A stretch of DNA of 64,000 nucleotides from Anthoceros angustus. Lineage: Eukaryota; Plantae; Anthocerotophyta. Position 1 is the first letter of the stretch. Every line of letters begins with the position of its first letter. This document shows positions 25,852 to 36,700 of this stretch, one piece after another. The stretch is taken from positions 432,581-496,580 of the forward strand of contig MU008158.1 in assembly GCA_010909165.1 (NCBI GenBank), given 5' to 3'. The notes beneath the pieces were generated by a model that saw nothing but the letters and a program-made list of their open reading frames with translations, was not told the origin of the DNA and did no database searches. A program made the position numbers and the translations under genes.

Positions 25852-26029
25852 GGTCCTCTTCCCCCAGATCCGCTCGCCTCAGTAATCAATCTTCTTCCCT
25901 CGCTCACTCTCGGGCACTCCCTGTCCGAAATCTGCAGAGTCCTCCTGCGCCATCTCATCCCCGCATCAACTCCAACCTCTCAGTCATAGCTTCCGCAGCA
26001 GCACGGTATGCACGTCCATTATGGAGTGT

Positions 26030-27190
26030 CCTGCAGTGCAATACCTTCGTACCAGCCCCGGCCAGGATTAGGTGCTCCGGACCGTGCAGAACAGACTGCT
26101 ATAATGACACAAGTCCTGACAGATCCCTGAGCTGAGTGAAGACTCCGTCGGCAATCCAACCACGGCCCTGCGATGCGTCGCACAACATGCATATGGCAAC
26201 AAAGCAAATTGCTGTTCACAATTTCAACACAAAGTCAGAGTCACTGCGCGGCATTCATGGCCGTCGCCTCTTGTACAGCTCTACAGGCACTTCCTCCTCC
26301 AGCAATGCAGCGCGGGCTGTGCGGTGTGGAGTGTGCACCATAACCAGAAATGGTCCTGTGAGCCCGCCTTCACGTCCTGTTCTCCGTCAATTTCAGTACA
26401 AAACATTTGCATGGCTCCCGTGTGCAGCAGCCTGCGCCCGACGGACAGACTAGATTGAGCTCTCCTGCTCCAGCCGGGCGAGGGCGCGGAGGCGACCCTG
26501 GCGGGGATCACCATCGCGCGTATCGCGCCCGCCGACGCCGTGACGCTGGAGGTGGACGGCCACTTCCGCCTCCCTCTCTACGCCAGGCCCGTGTCGGAGG
26601 AGGAGGATGCCGAGGCCCCCTACGAGTGGAGTGTGCCAAGGACTGCATGTCGCATCTGCATGTGAGCCTCGAGTTCGCCGCCCTCACCACGCTGGTGGCC
26701 GGCGTGCTCGGCCGGACCTACTCCTCAGAGGCTTCCAGATGCTACAGAAGAAGCCCGGCCCGCTCATTCCCTCTGCCGGCACCAGGTTTGCCTCCTCCGA
26801 CCCCCTCATGCCCGACTTAAGCGTCTCCAGGGTCACCAACGCCGATGCGTCTGCCGATGCCGAGGACATTCTCGGCAACATTCGGACTGTCACCAGTGAT
26901 TCCAGTCGGGAATGGTGTGCCGCCGCTGAGCTAATTGCTGACGATGGATTCTCAGTCACAGTAGTGTGTGTAGCATAGACCGACTTACGGAGCATCAGAT
27001 TCCGATGTTGTGCCTGGTTGGAAAACCACAGGACCCAATGACAAAACACATGTTACATAACTTTGCTGCCTATGGCTTGCGTTGGGAAACATTGTCGTAT
27101 ATTGTTGTGCAGTCGGTACAGCAGCAGCAGACCCGGCATTGTTTTTCTTGTATACAAAGGAGGAGTACGTCAACTCGGATTCTTTGAGTC
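26030..27190 (+). pseudogene. Truncated, frameshifted duplicate of the Root_cap gene (promoter + 3' half of exon 2 + 3' flank)
   Basis: 26065-26345 matches 21335-21600 (gattaggtgc..ccgtgcagaacag..ctgct; cacaaagtcaga..catgg.cgtcgcctct). 26475-26890 matches 22320-22755 (cccgtgtcggaggaggaggatgcc, ggactgcatg.cgcatctg.atgtgagc). 26995-27160 matches 22850-23085. Exon 1 and the first half of exon 2 are absent. Confidence 0.88.
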
Positions 27191-28224
27191 ATACCCTGTG
27201 CTTATCTATGGAATACCGAACTGGTCACGCAGCATCCAGATATTTTTAGGGTTATGGACAGAAAGAAATAGTCCCGCCGCATACGGCGGAACTATTTCGG
27301 CATGTCATGGATGACCACATCGGTTGTGGCTGCGGCCCCCCGGTGTACCGATGTGGTCAAGCTACCACATGATACACAGAATGATTCGACCACACAGTAT
27401 GATTCGACCACACACAGAAACTTTTCTTCTTTTAGGGTTAGGGTTGCGTTGCGGCCATTTCCGTCGCCGCGCCATTGCGGCACGCAACATACCATGTCCG
27501 CGACCGCGGCATACACAAGGTGTAAGGGTTGCCGGCGGTTGCGTTAGCGCAGCGCTTACGCTATGCAATGGCGTTTGTGCTGCAATTGTCGCGTTTGCGG
27601 TAGCGGCTTAGTGCATTTGCCCTGCGTGGAAGGCTGCCTTTGTTTGGCAGGCTGCATCCGCAACGCTCACATAGCCGCTTTCTACGGTGCTGTGCCATAG
27701 CACCAACTTTCCGATACAAGCTTATACCAGAGGACCAACAAAACACGGCTTCCATGAAAAATGGACGTGATACAATCCTTGCACCCAAAAAGCGTGCGTG
27801 GCACAAGAGTGCAGTTCAAAGGGCCTCTTGGACTACGTAACGCAGCAGTGATCCGCCCACGCCCACGGCGTGCTTCACCGCGCCCACCGCCGGAGGTACT
27901 GGCAAGGTTTCCTCGCCTGCACTCCGCACAATGTCGCCGCGTGCAGGGTCCAAGCACGGTTAGGTAGACCACATTATGTGGGGACGGACGCAACGCCAGA
28001 TTTATGTCCACATGTGGACGATTACCTTCCAAAATTCTCCCCACTAGAATATCTATCGAAATGATTCAATTTTTTTCCCATAACTAAGAGCAAGGCAACA
28101 AGTCCACATTAAAATGCTCGAGTTAAAGGATATGATTTGTGCATATGGTATTTAATTGTTTGATCACGGATGGACAAGTGAACTTTGGACACAAAAAGTG
28201 AGCACAAGACACACAACCCAAGTT

Positions 28225-28455
28225 CATTTGAATTTCAAACCATCCCATCAAGTGAACACGGAACAGAGTGAGTCTATCACACTCAAGTTTGGCACTTGTT
28301 CAAATTTCAAAGTTTGGAATACGCGGAATTTCAAAGTCCGGCTTTGGAATTTCAAACCATCCTCAAGTGAACACGGAACACTAAAAGTGAGGCATGGTCA
28401 CAAACAAGTGTAAACTTGTTTGAATTTCAAAGTTTGGGTAAGCGGAATTTCAAAA
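28225..28455. repeat. ~115-bp direct repeat containing an array of AATTTCAAA / TTTGAATTTCAAA quasi-palindromes upstream of the transposase
   Basis: aatttcaaaccatcc..tcaagtgaacacggaaca at ~28230 and ~28348. aatttcaaagtttgg..gcggaatttcaaa at ~28302 and ~28423. Confidence 0.75.
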
Positions 28456-31400
28456 CGAGGTACCCAAGTTGCTGCGGCTCATCTTTGATGAGAGCATAAC
28501 CTCCGATCTCGCTGCGCTGAGCCCCGCCTTCATGCTGGCGCTCCGTACCGTGTGAACCATGTGCCTAGGATTGTGAGCTGCGATGAGGGAGGCGGGAAGG
28601 GAGCCCTCGGCAGGCCAAGGAATCGAATGGCTCCAGCAGTGCATCCTCTTCGAGTGCACTTAAGAGAGCGGCCGCGAAGCGCCGATGGAGGGAAAAGCAA
28701 TTTGAAATGTATCTTTGTGTGTGGAAGATGTTAGGCAAGATCTGGAGCATCTTTGCTGGAGGAGGCACCCTTACATGGTGAGAAGGGATCTAATCCACGA
28801 TTGAATGTTGTTGTGGAAGAACGGAGCAGCCGAGGGCGAGCAAACAACACCTCTTTCATCCACAGCGGTCAAGGCGGTTCTGCAAGGCGGTGGGATCTCA
28901 CCAGTCGTGATGGGGCGTTGTGATGCAGTGTGGCCGTGTTGCTCGTGAACTTGGTCACATTTTCTTACATAGAACTGCCCACTTCAATTCGATAGCAAGG
29001 CCAAGGTGCTAGATGCTGTGCGTGGCCTCAAGGAGTTCTTCCCCGCGTGGGGTGAAGGCTCAAAGCCACATCCCTAGCTTTCCGAACATCGTATGCCAAG
29101 AAGGCGGAGTGTACAAGCGTCGATAAGTTGAAGGCAAGACAAACCTTCATGAATATTGTGCTTATCGAGGATGTGAGGCAAGAAGCTGGAGCATCCGCCT
29201 TGGCCGGTCCTTGGGGTCAGGCGTGTTGTGGCACGCCATCTTCGACCAGGGCGATTTGCAAAGTGCACCGAGGAGGTGCACTGGGTGGGGGGACTAAGGC
29301 CTGCTCCGATTGTTTGACCCAAGAGGTAAAGCAAGCTGTTTTGCAATTTTGGGAGACGGCATCAAGGCCTTCCTCCAACTCCAAGGATGCTAGGGCAACG
29401 GTGGCTCCTCTTGTATTCCACACCACATAATCCATTTCGGATACCTCTCGTGATCGTTCAACGTGTTTTGTCTTTGCTACTTCCAGGTGGTGAGCACACC
29501 ACCGGTGGTGAGCGATCTCCTTGCCTAGTGCCTCCGCCCATGCTTGCACTGGAACACCGCCACTAACCTTGTAAGTTGTTACACCGCCACCACCGTCACC
29601 ACTACATGTGACCCCGTGGCTCCAGCTACATCACTCTCCATGTTCAGCCCTTCCTTCCGTGGCGATTGTCGCTGAGCTTCACTATCATTTTGCTTGGCTT
29701 GCTCTGCGCACTGCCCTCGGCTCATTTGCTCGGCTCCTCGGTCATTTGTCCTGCTTCGGGCATTTGCGCTAGCTCTCGGTCATTTGCGCTCCCCGGTCAT
29801 TTGCGCTGGTCTCGGTCATTTGTTCTGGTGCAATGCTCATTTACCGGCCTCGGTCATTTGTTCGGTGCAGCAAGGTGGGATCTCACCCCAGCGTGGGGCG
29901 TTGTGATGCAGTGTGGCCGTGTTGCTCGTGAACTTGGTCACATTTTCTTACATAGAACTGCCCACTTCAATTCTGATAGCAAGGCCAAGGTGCTAGATGC
30001 TTTTTCCAGGCTTCGTGGCCTCAAGGAGTTCTTCCTTGCTGTTGCAGTAGGGGTGAAGGCTCAGAAAGCCACATCCCTAGCTTTCCGGAACATCAGGGCG
30101 GCCATGAAGAAGCTGCGGAGTGTACAAGCGTCTGATAAGTTGAAGGCAAGACAAACCTTCATGAATATTGTGCTTACTGAGGATGTGAGGCAAGAAGCTG
30201 GAGCATCTGCCCTTGGCCGGGTCCTTGGGGTCAGCAGGCGTGTTGTGGCACGCCATCTTCAGACCCGCGGCGATTTGCAAAGTGCACCGGAGGAGGTGCG
30301 GTGTGGTGGGGCAGGCTCGTTCGATTGTTTGACCCAAGAGGTAAAGCAAGTGTTTTGCAATTTTGGGAGGCGGCATCAAGGCCTTCCTCCAACTCCAAGG
30401 ATGCTAGGCGGCAACGGTGGCTCCTCTTGTATTCGCACCCACATAATCCATTTCCGGATACCTCTCGTGATCAGTTCAACGTGTTTTGTCTTTGCTACTT
30501 CCACGGTGGTGAGCACCGCCACCGGTGGTGAGCGCATCTCCTTGCCTAGTGCCTCCGCCCATGCTTGCTGGAACACCGCCACTAACCTTGTAAGTTGTTA
30601 CACCACCACGATCACCACTACATGTGACCCCGATGGCGTTCAGCTACTGTCACTCTCCATGTTCAGCCCTTCCTTCCGTGTGGCTGATTGTCGCTTGAGC
30701 TGCTTCACTATCATTTTGCTTGCGCAGTGCTTGCTCTGGTCAGTACCTCTGGCTCCTGGTCATTTGCCCTGGCTCCTGGTCATTTGTCCTGGCTTCTGGG
30801 CATTTGCGCTAGCTCCTGGTCATTTGCGCTGGCTCCTGGTCATTTGCGCTGGTCTCTGGTCATTTGTTCTGGGTGCAATGCTCATTTGCGCTGGCCTCTG
30901 GTCATTTGTTCTGGGTGCAATGCTCATTTGCTCTTGCTCTTGCTCATTTCATCTGTATGCAATGCTCATTTGTTGTAGACCCAGTTCACTTCAGGATGTC
31001 CAGGGCTCACTTTCTTTGAGAGGGAGGCACTTCATGTGGCTCTTTAGAGGGTTGTGTTCGAGCATGCATTGTCGTGTTTGATCTGCGAGTTTTTTGCGCT
31101 TCGAAAGGAGCATCCGAACATCAACATTGGCCAACGAGCATTTGAGAACCAAAGTCCTGTAAGGTTGTAGGTACCATGTCGAGATGGCGTTTTGAAGGAC
31201 GCTCGAACTTGCTACAGGTGCCACATCAAAGTGCACCTCATGCGCGTCTTGTTGTGGGGTGTGTGGAGAGAAACCCGAGGAGGGGACAAGTGCTACGCTC
31301 CTCGGAGATGTTTTACCTCCGTCCGCGAGATGGTGCAATCTTTTATGTCCTAGAGCACCGGATGAGGAGGCATAGGCGAAAATGTTTGCTTGGTAAATGC

Positions 31401-32900
31401 GCTTGTGGAGTTTCTAAGCTGGCCCTCTGTCCTAAGGAGGTTTCACAAGCAATTTTGCCGGAGGTGACGCTGAAGTGGCGGTGCTTTGAGTACCAGAAAG
31501 TGGGAGTGAATGAGGACGGAACCTCTAAGACCAGAATAAAGCTAGTCTATAGGGAAACTTATCCTTCGGCGATGATTGAATTCCTTCAAGATAAGCTGGC
31601 TGCCTTCATTTCACATGATTACGTCCAAAGATGGCAAGCCACGGAGTTTTAAATGCATTGATTGGTTTCGAGGATGTGATAGTTTACGTTATGGACTTCT
31701 CGAACTATGCTTTCCAAGTTCGAGCGAGATACAATCAATGCACGCATAGTGATCAAGTGACTATCCTAGTCCATGTTACATATATGCGGATGGGGGGTAG
31801 AGGAGGACCCCTATTGCAATGTTCAAAAGTTTTACCACTTTTACATTAGTGATGACATGCAAGACGACACTCTCTTTGTCCAAAGATGCCCTTATGCTAC
31901 TGGACTGGTTGCTGTCCAATGGATACAAGAGGCCACGGAGCATTGGATGTGGTCGGATGGTGCGGCTTCGGTTTAAGGCTTGCACCAAGCTATTTTGTGG
32001 CGAGGTACCCAGGTCTAACTGGGGGATGCAAAATGCTGTGGAGTTATTTTGGGTCAGGACACGGAAAAGGGGAGCACGATGGGGCAGGTGCCATATTAAA
32101 GAGGGCACTACATGGAGAAGAGCTGTCACCTTCACCGACAAGGCTGCAGAGTGCTGCAGACGTTGTCGAGTTCTTGCGTTCCAGTATATCTCATGGGGCA
32201 GCATCCTCCTATGCAAGTGGCGAAAGGCAGGTGCAGAGGGTTTTTTGGTTGGTGGGAAAGAATGAAGTCAACCGCATGCGGTGTGCACCAATCCCGGGTT
32301 CTAAAGGCATGCACAGATTTACGGGACTCGTGGATGCAACCAACCTCGGCTCAAGATGCGGCATCTAGCGTGTTTTGTGCTATTTGCATGGGGCGGTGAC
32401 CATGCGGCATGTGATGCCCCATGGCATCCGGCATTCGATTACTTTGAGGCCGGACAATAGGGATCCCGCTGGTCGACCAGACCGGTGCAATCGCACCATT
32501 GCTAAATGCTCCCGGAGAGGATGGGCGCCTGCTGTTGTGGCGAGGTTGCAAATGAGGATGTCTCGAACTCGCACCTCTTAGAGCTTGGAGACAACTTTCG
32601 TGCGTGCATCCTAGGGATGAAGGTTCAAGTTTTTATTTGGCAAAATGCACAGCATTGCGGCATGTGACCACGGAGCACATTACATCCATGGAGCAAGCAA
32701 AACTTCCTCCCGGTGACAAGGTAGTTGTGGGAATACTACTCGTGAGCGGATGGTTGTGTGTACACTTTGGACTACGATTCCGCGGAGGTCACCCTTCTTT
32801 CAACTGCGTGAGAGCGCAAGTTCCCACCGTTGGAACGAGTGGAAGGAGGCCGGCTATTGTCGGACTCGGACCATAGAGTCCTTTAAAGAGCTTGTGAGGG
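28450..32900 (+). mobile_element. Sola2-like DDD DNA-transposon transposase gene, frameshifted in this assembly
   Basis: Fragments RSDCLTQEVKQAVLQFWE, CLLGKCACG, LKWRCFEY, FISHDYVQRWQ, VMDFS-NY, QVTILVHVTY, HFYISDD..DTLFVQ, HWMWSDGAAS and WSYFGSGHGKGEHDGAGAILKR. These match the DFxENY / SDG / HGKGxxDG triad I recall for Sola2 transposases. TIRs and TSD were not found. Confidence 0.75.
28885..30975. repeat. ~1-kb tandem duplication of the transposase 5' region, each copy ending in a ~20-bp GTCATTTGCGCTGGCTCCTG array
   Basis: ggtgggatctcacc.. at ~28889 and ~29874, with near-identical sequence through 29860 and 30960. gtcatttg-repeat arrays lie at ~29720-29860 and ~30755-30975. Confidence 0.9.
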
Positions 32901-33749
32901 AGGGAAACTAGGACATATGCCCATGCCTTCACGAAATGACCTTGATCCGACTTCTAAATACCATGGTCCGTAACCATCTTCACACGCAAAGGTCTCGATG
33001 CACTCGCATGAATATGGAGCACTTTGCCCGAATTGCGATTGCGGGTGATAAGCTCTAACGCAAAATCCCGAAAACCCCGCCGAGGTTTGTACAGTGTAAG
33101 CTTGAAGCAAGTGAGCCATGGCTGCGGAGATGGGTGCGGTGTTGCTGTTTTGGCGGGCGGTGTTGCTGCGATGGCGGGCGGGGTGCGGGTGTTGCTTTGG
33201 CGGGCGCGGTGTTGCCGCGGATGGCGGGCGCGGGTCGCGATGGCGTGAGCGGTGTCGGTGCGATTGCGGGAGCGAGTGTGGGTGCGATGGCGGGCACGGG
33301 GTTGGAGCGATACGGGCGGATGGCGGCGAAGACCATTCATGGCTCGGGCAGCCCTCGGGCAAGTGTCCGGAAGACTGCGTGGTCATTTGGCGGTGATCCG
33401 AACCGCAGATCCGGCAGCGCTGATGCTTGAGAGACTACCCACGTCCAAATGAGCGTGATCATAGACATCGTGGCCCACCAAGATGAGAGTGAGGATACAC
33501 AATCCGTGCGGTCAAGCTAGTCTCCAAGAAGGAATCAAGAAACGGGAAACTAGAGGTGTATCATGTCGAGAGACTATTTTCCGGCCCATGTTTGTTCTTG
33601 CGTGCTCGGGGGGTGTGTTGAAGGAAGGCTCTCCCTATGCACATGCGGAGGCTCTCTTGATTCACTAGTGAAAACGTCAAAATTGTCCAACATTGGAGTC
33701 AAGTTTCCCAATTTTGTCCATTCAAGTCTCTCCATTGTCCGTAAGTCTA

Positions 33750-36700
33750 GCCACCTACAATTCAGCGTTTGGTCCGTGCCTCTAGGGCTTCTTCTAGCGT
33801 GGCCTTGACCGTAGGGCTTACCCAATACTTGACAACCTCGTTCTTGTTGTGGGGATCCGACTTGGCTTGCTCCGACATCGACTTTGGCCTGCACCACGTA
33901 GTCTGCCCGCAGCACCACTGTTTGCCCAAGCCTTCCCTTGTTTAGAAGCTCGTATAGCCGTGGCCCTACTTCCACGTAATAATTACCCTCTACAACCTCA
34001 GCGCCTTTGCGAATGGGAAGACCCTTCCAAAATTTGTCTTCATGCCGCGCTTCGAGTTTGTGCACACCCTTCACACACCTGAGGAGGTAGAAGTTAACGT
34101 TCTCTATATTGCCTGGCTCCGCACGTACCATATAGTTATCCCCAGGCTCCAACTCTTGCACTGCTGGAGGCAAGTGACTAGTCTTGATCTTCTTTGAATG
34201 TCTGGCTTGGTCGTCTTTGGAGCCTTACGCTTGCCTCTTTTCCCAGGCGGGTCCCCATGCTCACAGCCTCACTATTATCCTGCACCAAATCATGCCCACC
34301 CCATTCACATTCCCAACCCGAGACAATGCAGCGACTCCTCGGTGTGTCATTCTCCGCTCGGGTCCTTCTCCACCTCGTGTGTCCTTGTCTAGTTGAGATG
34401 CACCCTTCTTCGCCCGCCTCGGTTGTGACCTCATTCTCCACCCAGGTTTGTCCTTGTCCACATCATGTGTGTGTTTCTCCAGCGTCACGTGTGTCCTTCT
34501 CCACATCATGTATGGCCCTCTCTTGCTCAAGTGTGGCCTTCTCCACCTCGGGCATGGCCTTCTCCACCTCAAGTGTGGCCTTCTCCACTCCATGCCCTTC
34601 TCCACCTCGGTGTATGGCCTTCTCCACTGCGGTGTCCACCTTAGGTATGGCCTTCTCCACATCATGTATGGCCTTCTCCACCTCAAGTGTGGCCTTCTCC
34701 ACCTCGGTGTGTCCACCTCAGGTATGGCCTTCTCCACTGCAGCTGTGTCCTTGTCCACCTCAACTGTGATCTTCTCCACATTAGGTGTGGCATTCTCCTC
34801 TGCGGGGGTGGTGTTCTCCACTGAAGGCGTGGCCTTCTCCACTGCCTGTGGCCTTCTCCCCCCACACTGCACTTTGTTCCACAGACTGAGTGTGCAAATG
34901 CACTGGGTCCCCCTCTGATCCCCCTGCTGCCTCTGCATTGTCTTCCTGCAGCAATTCTGCACTTGCTGCCTCCCCTAGCCCTACTCTTGAATGCCCCCCT
35001 GGCGTTGGCACCCTTTTTTTCACCGAGGGCGGGGTCCAAGGAACCCTCCGGCGATCCAGCCAAAACCGAGCCATACGAGCCGCCGGTGGCAAGCAGTCGC
35101 CGTATTCGAATGGGAACACTCCGGCACTTGACATCGAGGCAACTTCGTATGGTGCAAAAAGCATTGATAGCATTAGCTTTGGAGGAAAGCAATACAAGGG
35201 AAAAGGAAATCCCGTTCCTGCCACACCCTCGCCCGGACACAGATCCTGCGGGTATGTGGCGGTGACTTGGCGAATCTTCTCAAGGCGAGAGCAATCCATC
35301 CGGATCCTTTACAAGCTCAAGGTACTCGGACTTCCACTCCTTGAGTTGTTCATGCCTCACTGTTCCTCGCGGATCCGCCCTTTCGTACCACCGGTGTCCA
35401 CCTCCATCTGCAGTCTTCGAGGGCACAATGCTTGTTGGTCTGCAAATGAGAAAAGAGGCAAAATTCATGGTACATATGCCCGCATGAGAGCAGAACCTGC
35501 TCATTGCAGCCAAACCACCTGCAATGACATGTACTCAGTGAGAAACACGGCAAGCACTAAGCAGACAAGTTCACAGATCCACACAGTACACCAAAAGCAT
35601 ACCTAGCGCATATAGGGCAAGCATTCACAACAATGGTCGGCCCTGTCATCCGCTCCAAGGGCGCTGGAAGGAAGTTGGTGCGACCAGGCCTCCCCTCCAC
35701 TTCAACATCCATGACTGTTGCCAAGGACTTGAGGACGTTGAACATCCGTTCCTTGGTCGGGAGGCTGTTGAAGCTCATCTTTGAGCACGAGTCCTCCGTC
35801 GTGACTCCTCAACCCGCAAATACAGGCTCTTCTCCAGCATACGGGGCTTGAAGGCGGCCGAAGGTGGTGACCAAGGATCTGCCCTTGAATGTCCTCAAAA
35901 GTCTCGTCATCTTGATGCTCTTACGCACCATCTCCATTTCACAGGAACACTTGCGAATGTCGACGCCACCTCCCAAGCCTCTGTTTTCCGGTCAAAGCAT
36001 GCTTTACCTCCTTTGCAGCAGCATCCACCTTGTCAAGTTGGACATTTACATCATCAACTCCCTGATACGGATCGGTGGTTCGAGCACGGTAGCCACCTTG
36101 GTCTTCCTTGCGAGCTTCCTTCACCTTCCACAAGGCAAGTAAATCACCCATCGGTGGATCTAGTGGGACAACATTGCGGAAAGTAGCAATGTGCCCACCA
36201 GTCGAGCAAACGTGAAAATCTGGGCACATCAAGTGGAGGAGAAACACGAGCAAATGACCGGATACAACGCATGTTGCTCAACAACAGTGCAGTGGTGACC
36301 AAGGCAACGAGCATGGTGCACTTCACATGACCCTACACCATGGCAAACTAGGTTGAATGACCGGAGGGCGGACTAGGGTGCACCTCACATGATAGTAGGC
36401 GGTGTAGAGGACTTAGCGACCGGGCATGACAAACATGTAGCACAAGGTGAGACAAACTTGAAAGCACGGTAGACAAACTTGAAAGCACGGTAGCCTGGGC
36501 CCCCAGCAGTAGGGCTCTTCCTCCTTGACTCCTGCAGCCTTCACCGCCTCGCCCGCTTTCCCTCACGGACTTCGTTTCTTATTCCTCCCTGTTTGTGTCT
36601 TCTCGTGGAAGGTCTTCCGATTCACGTCGAGGCCAACAAGTTTCTCCAATTCCAAGGGCCATGAGCCTAGGGATCCTTCTCCCAGTGGGCCTCATTTCGT

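Noticed and set aside
27266-27297. Helitron 3' hairpin
   Set aside because: There is no CTRR-T terminus at the expected distance on either strand and no Rep/helicase motifs nearby.
27431-27445. Interstitial telomere
   Set aside because: Only about two units (tttagggttaggg), too short to distinguish from a telo-box.
29666-31081. 471-aa ORF as a membrane protein
   Set aside because: It is a chimera of transposase coding sequence and intronic GTCATTTG repeats; the hydrophobic parts are repeat translations.
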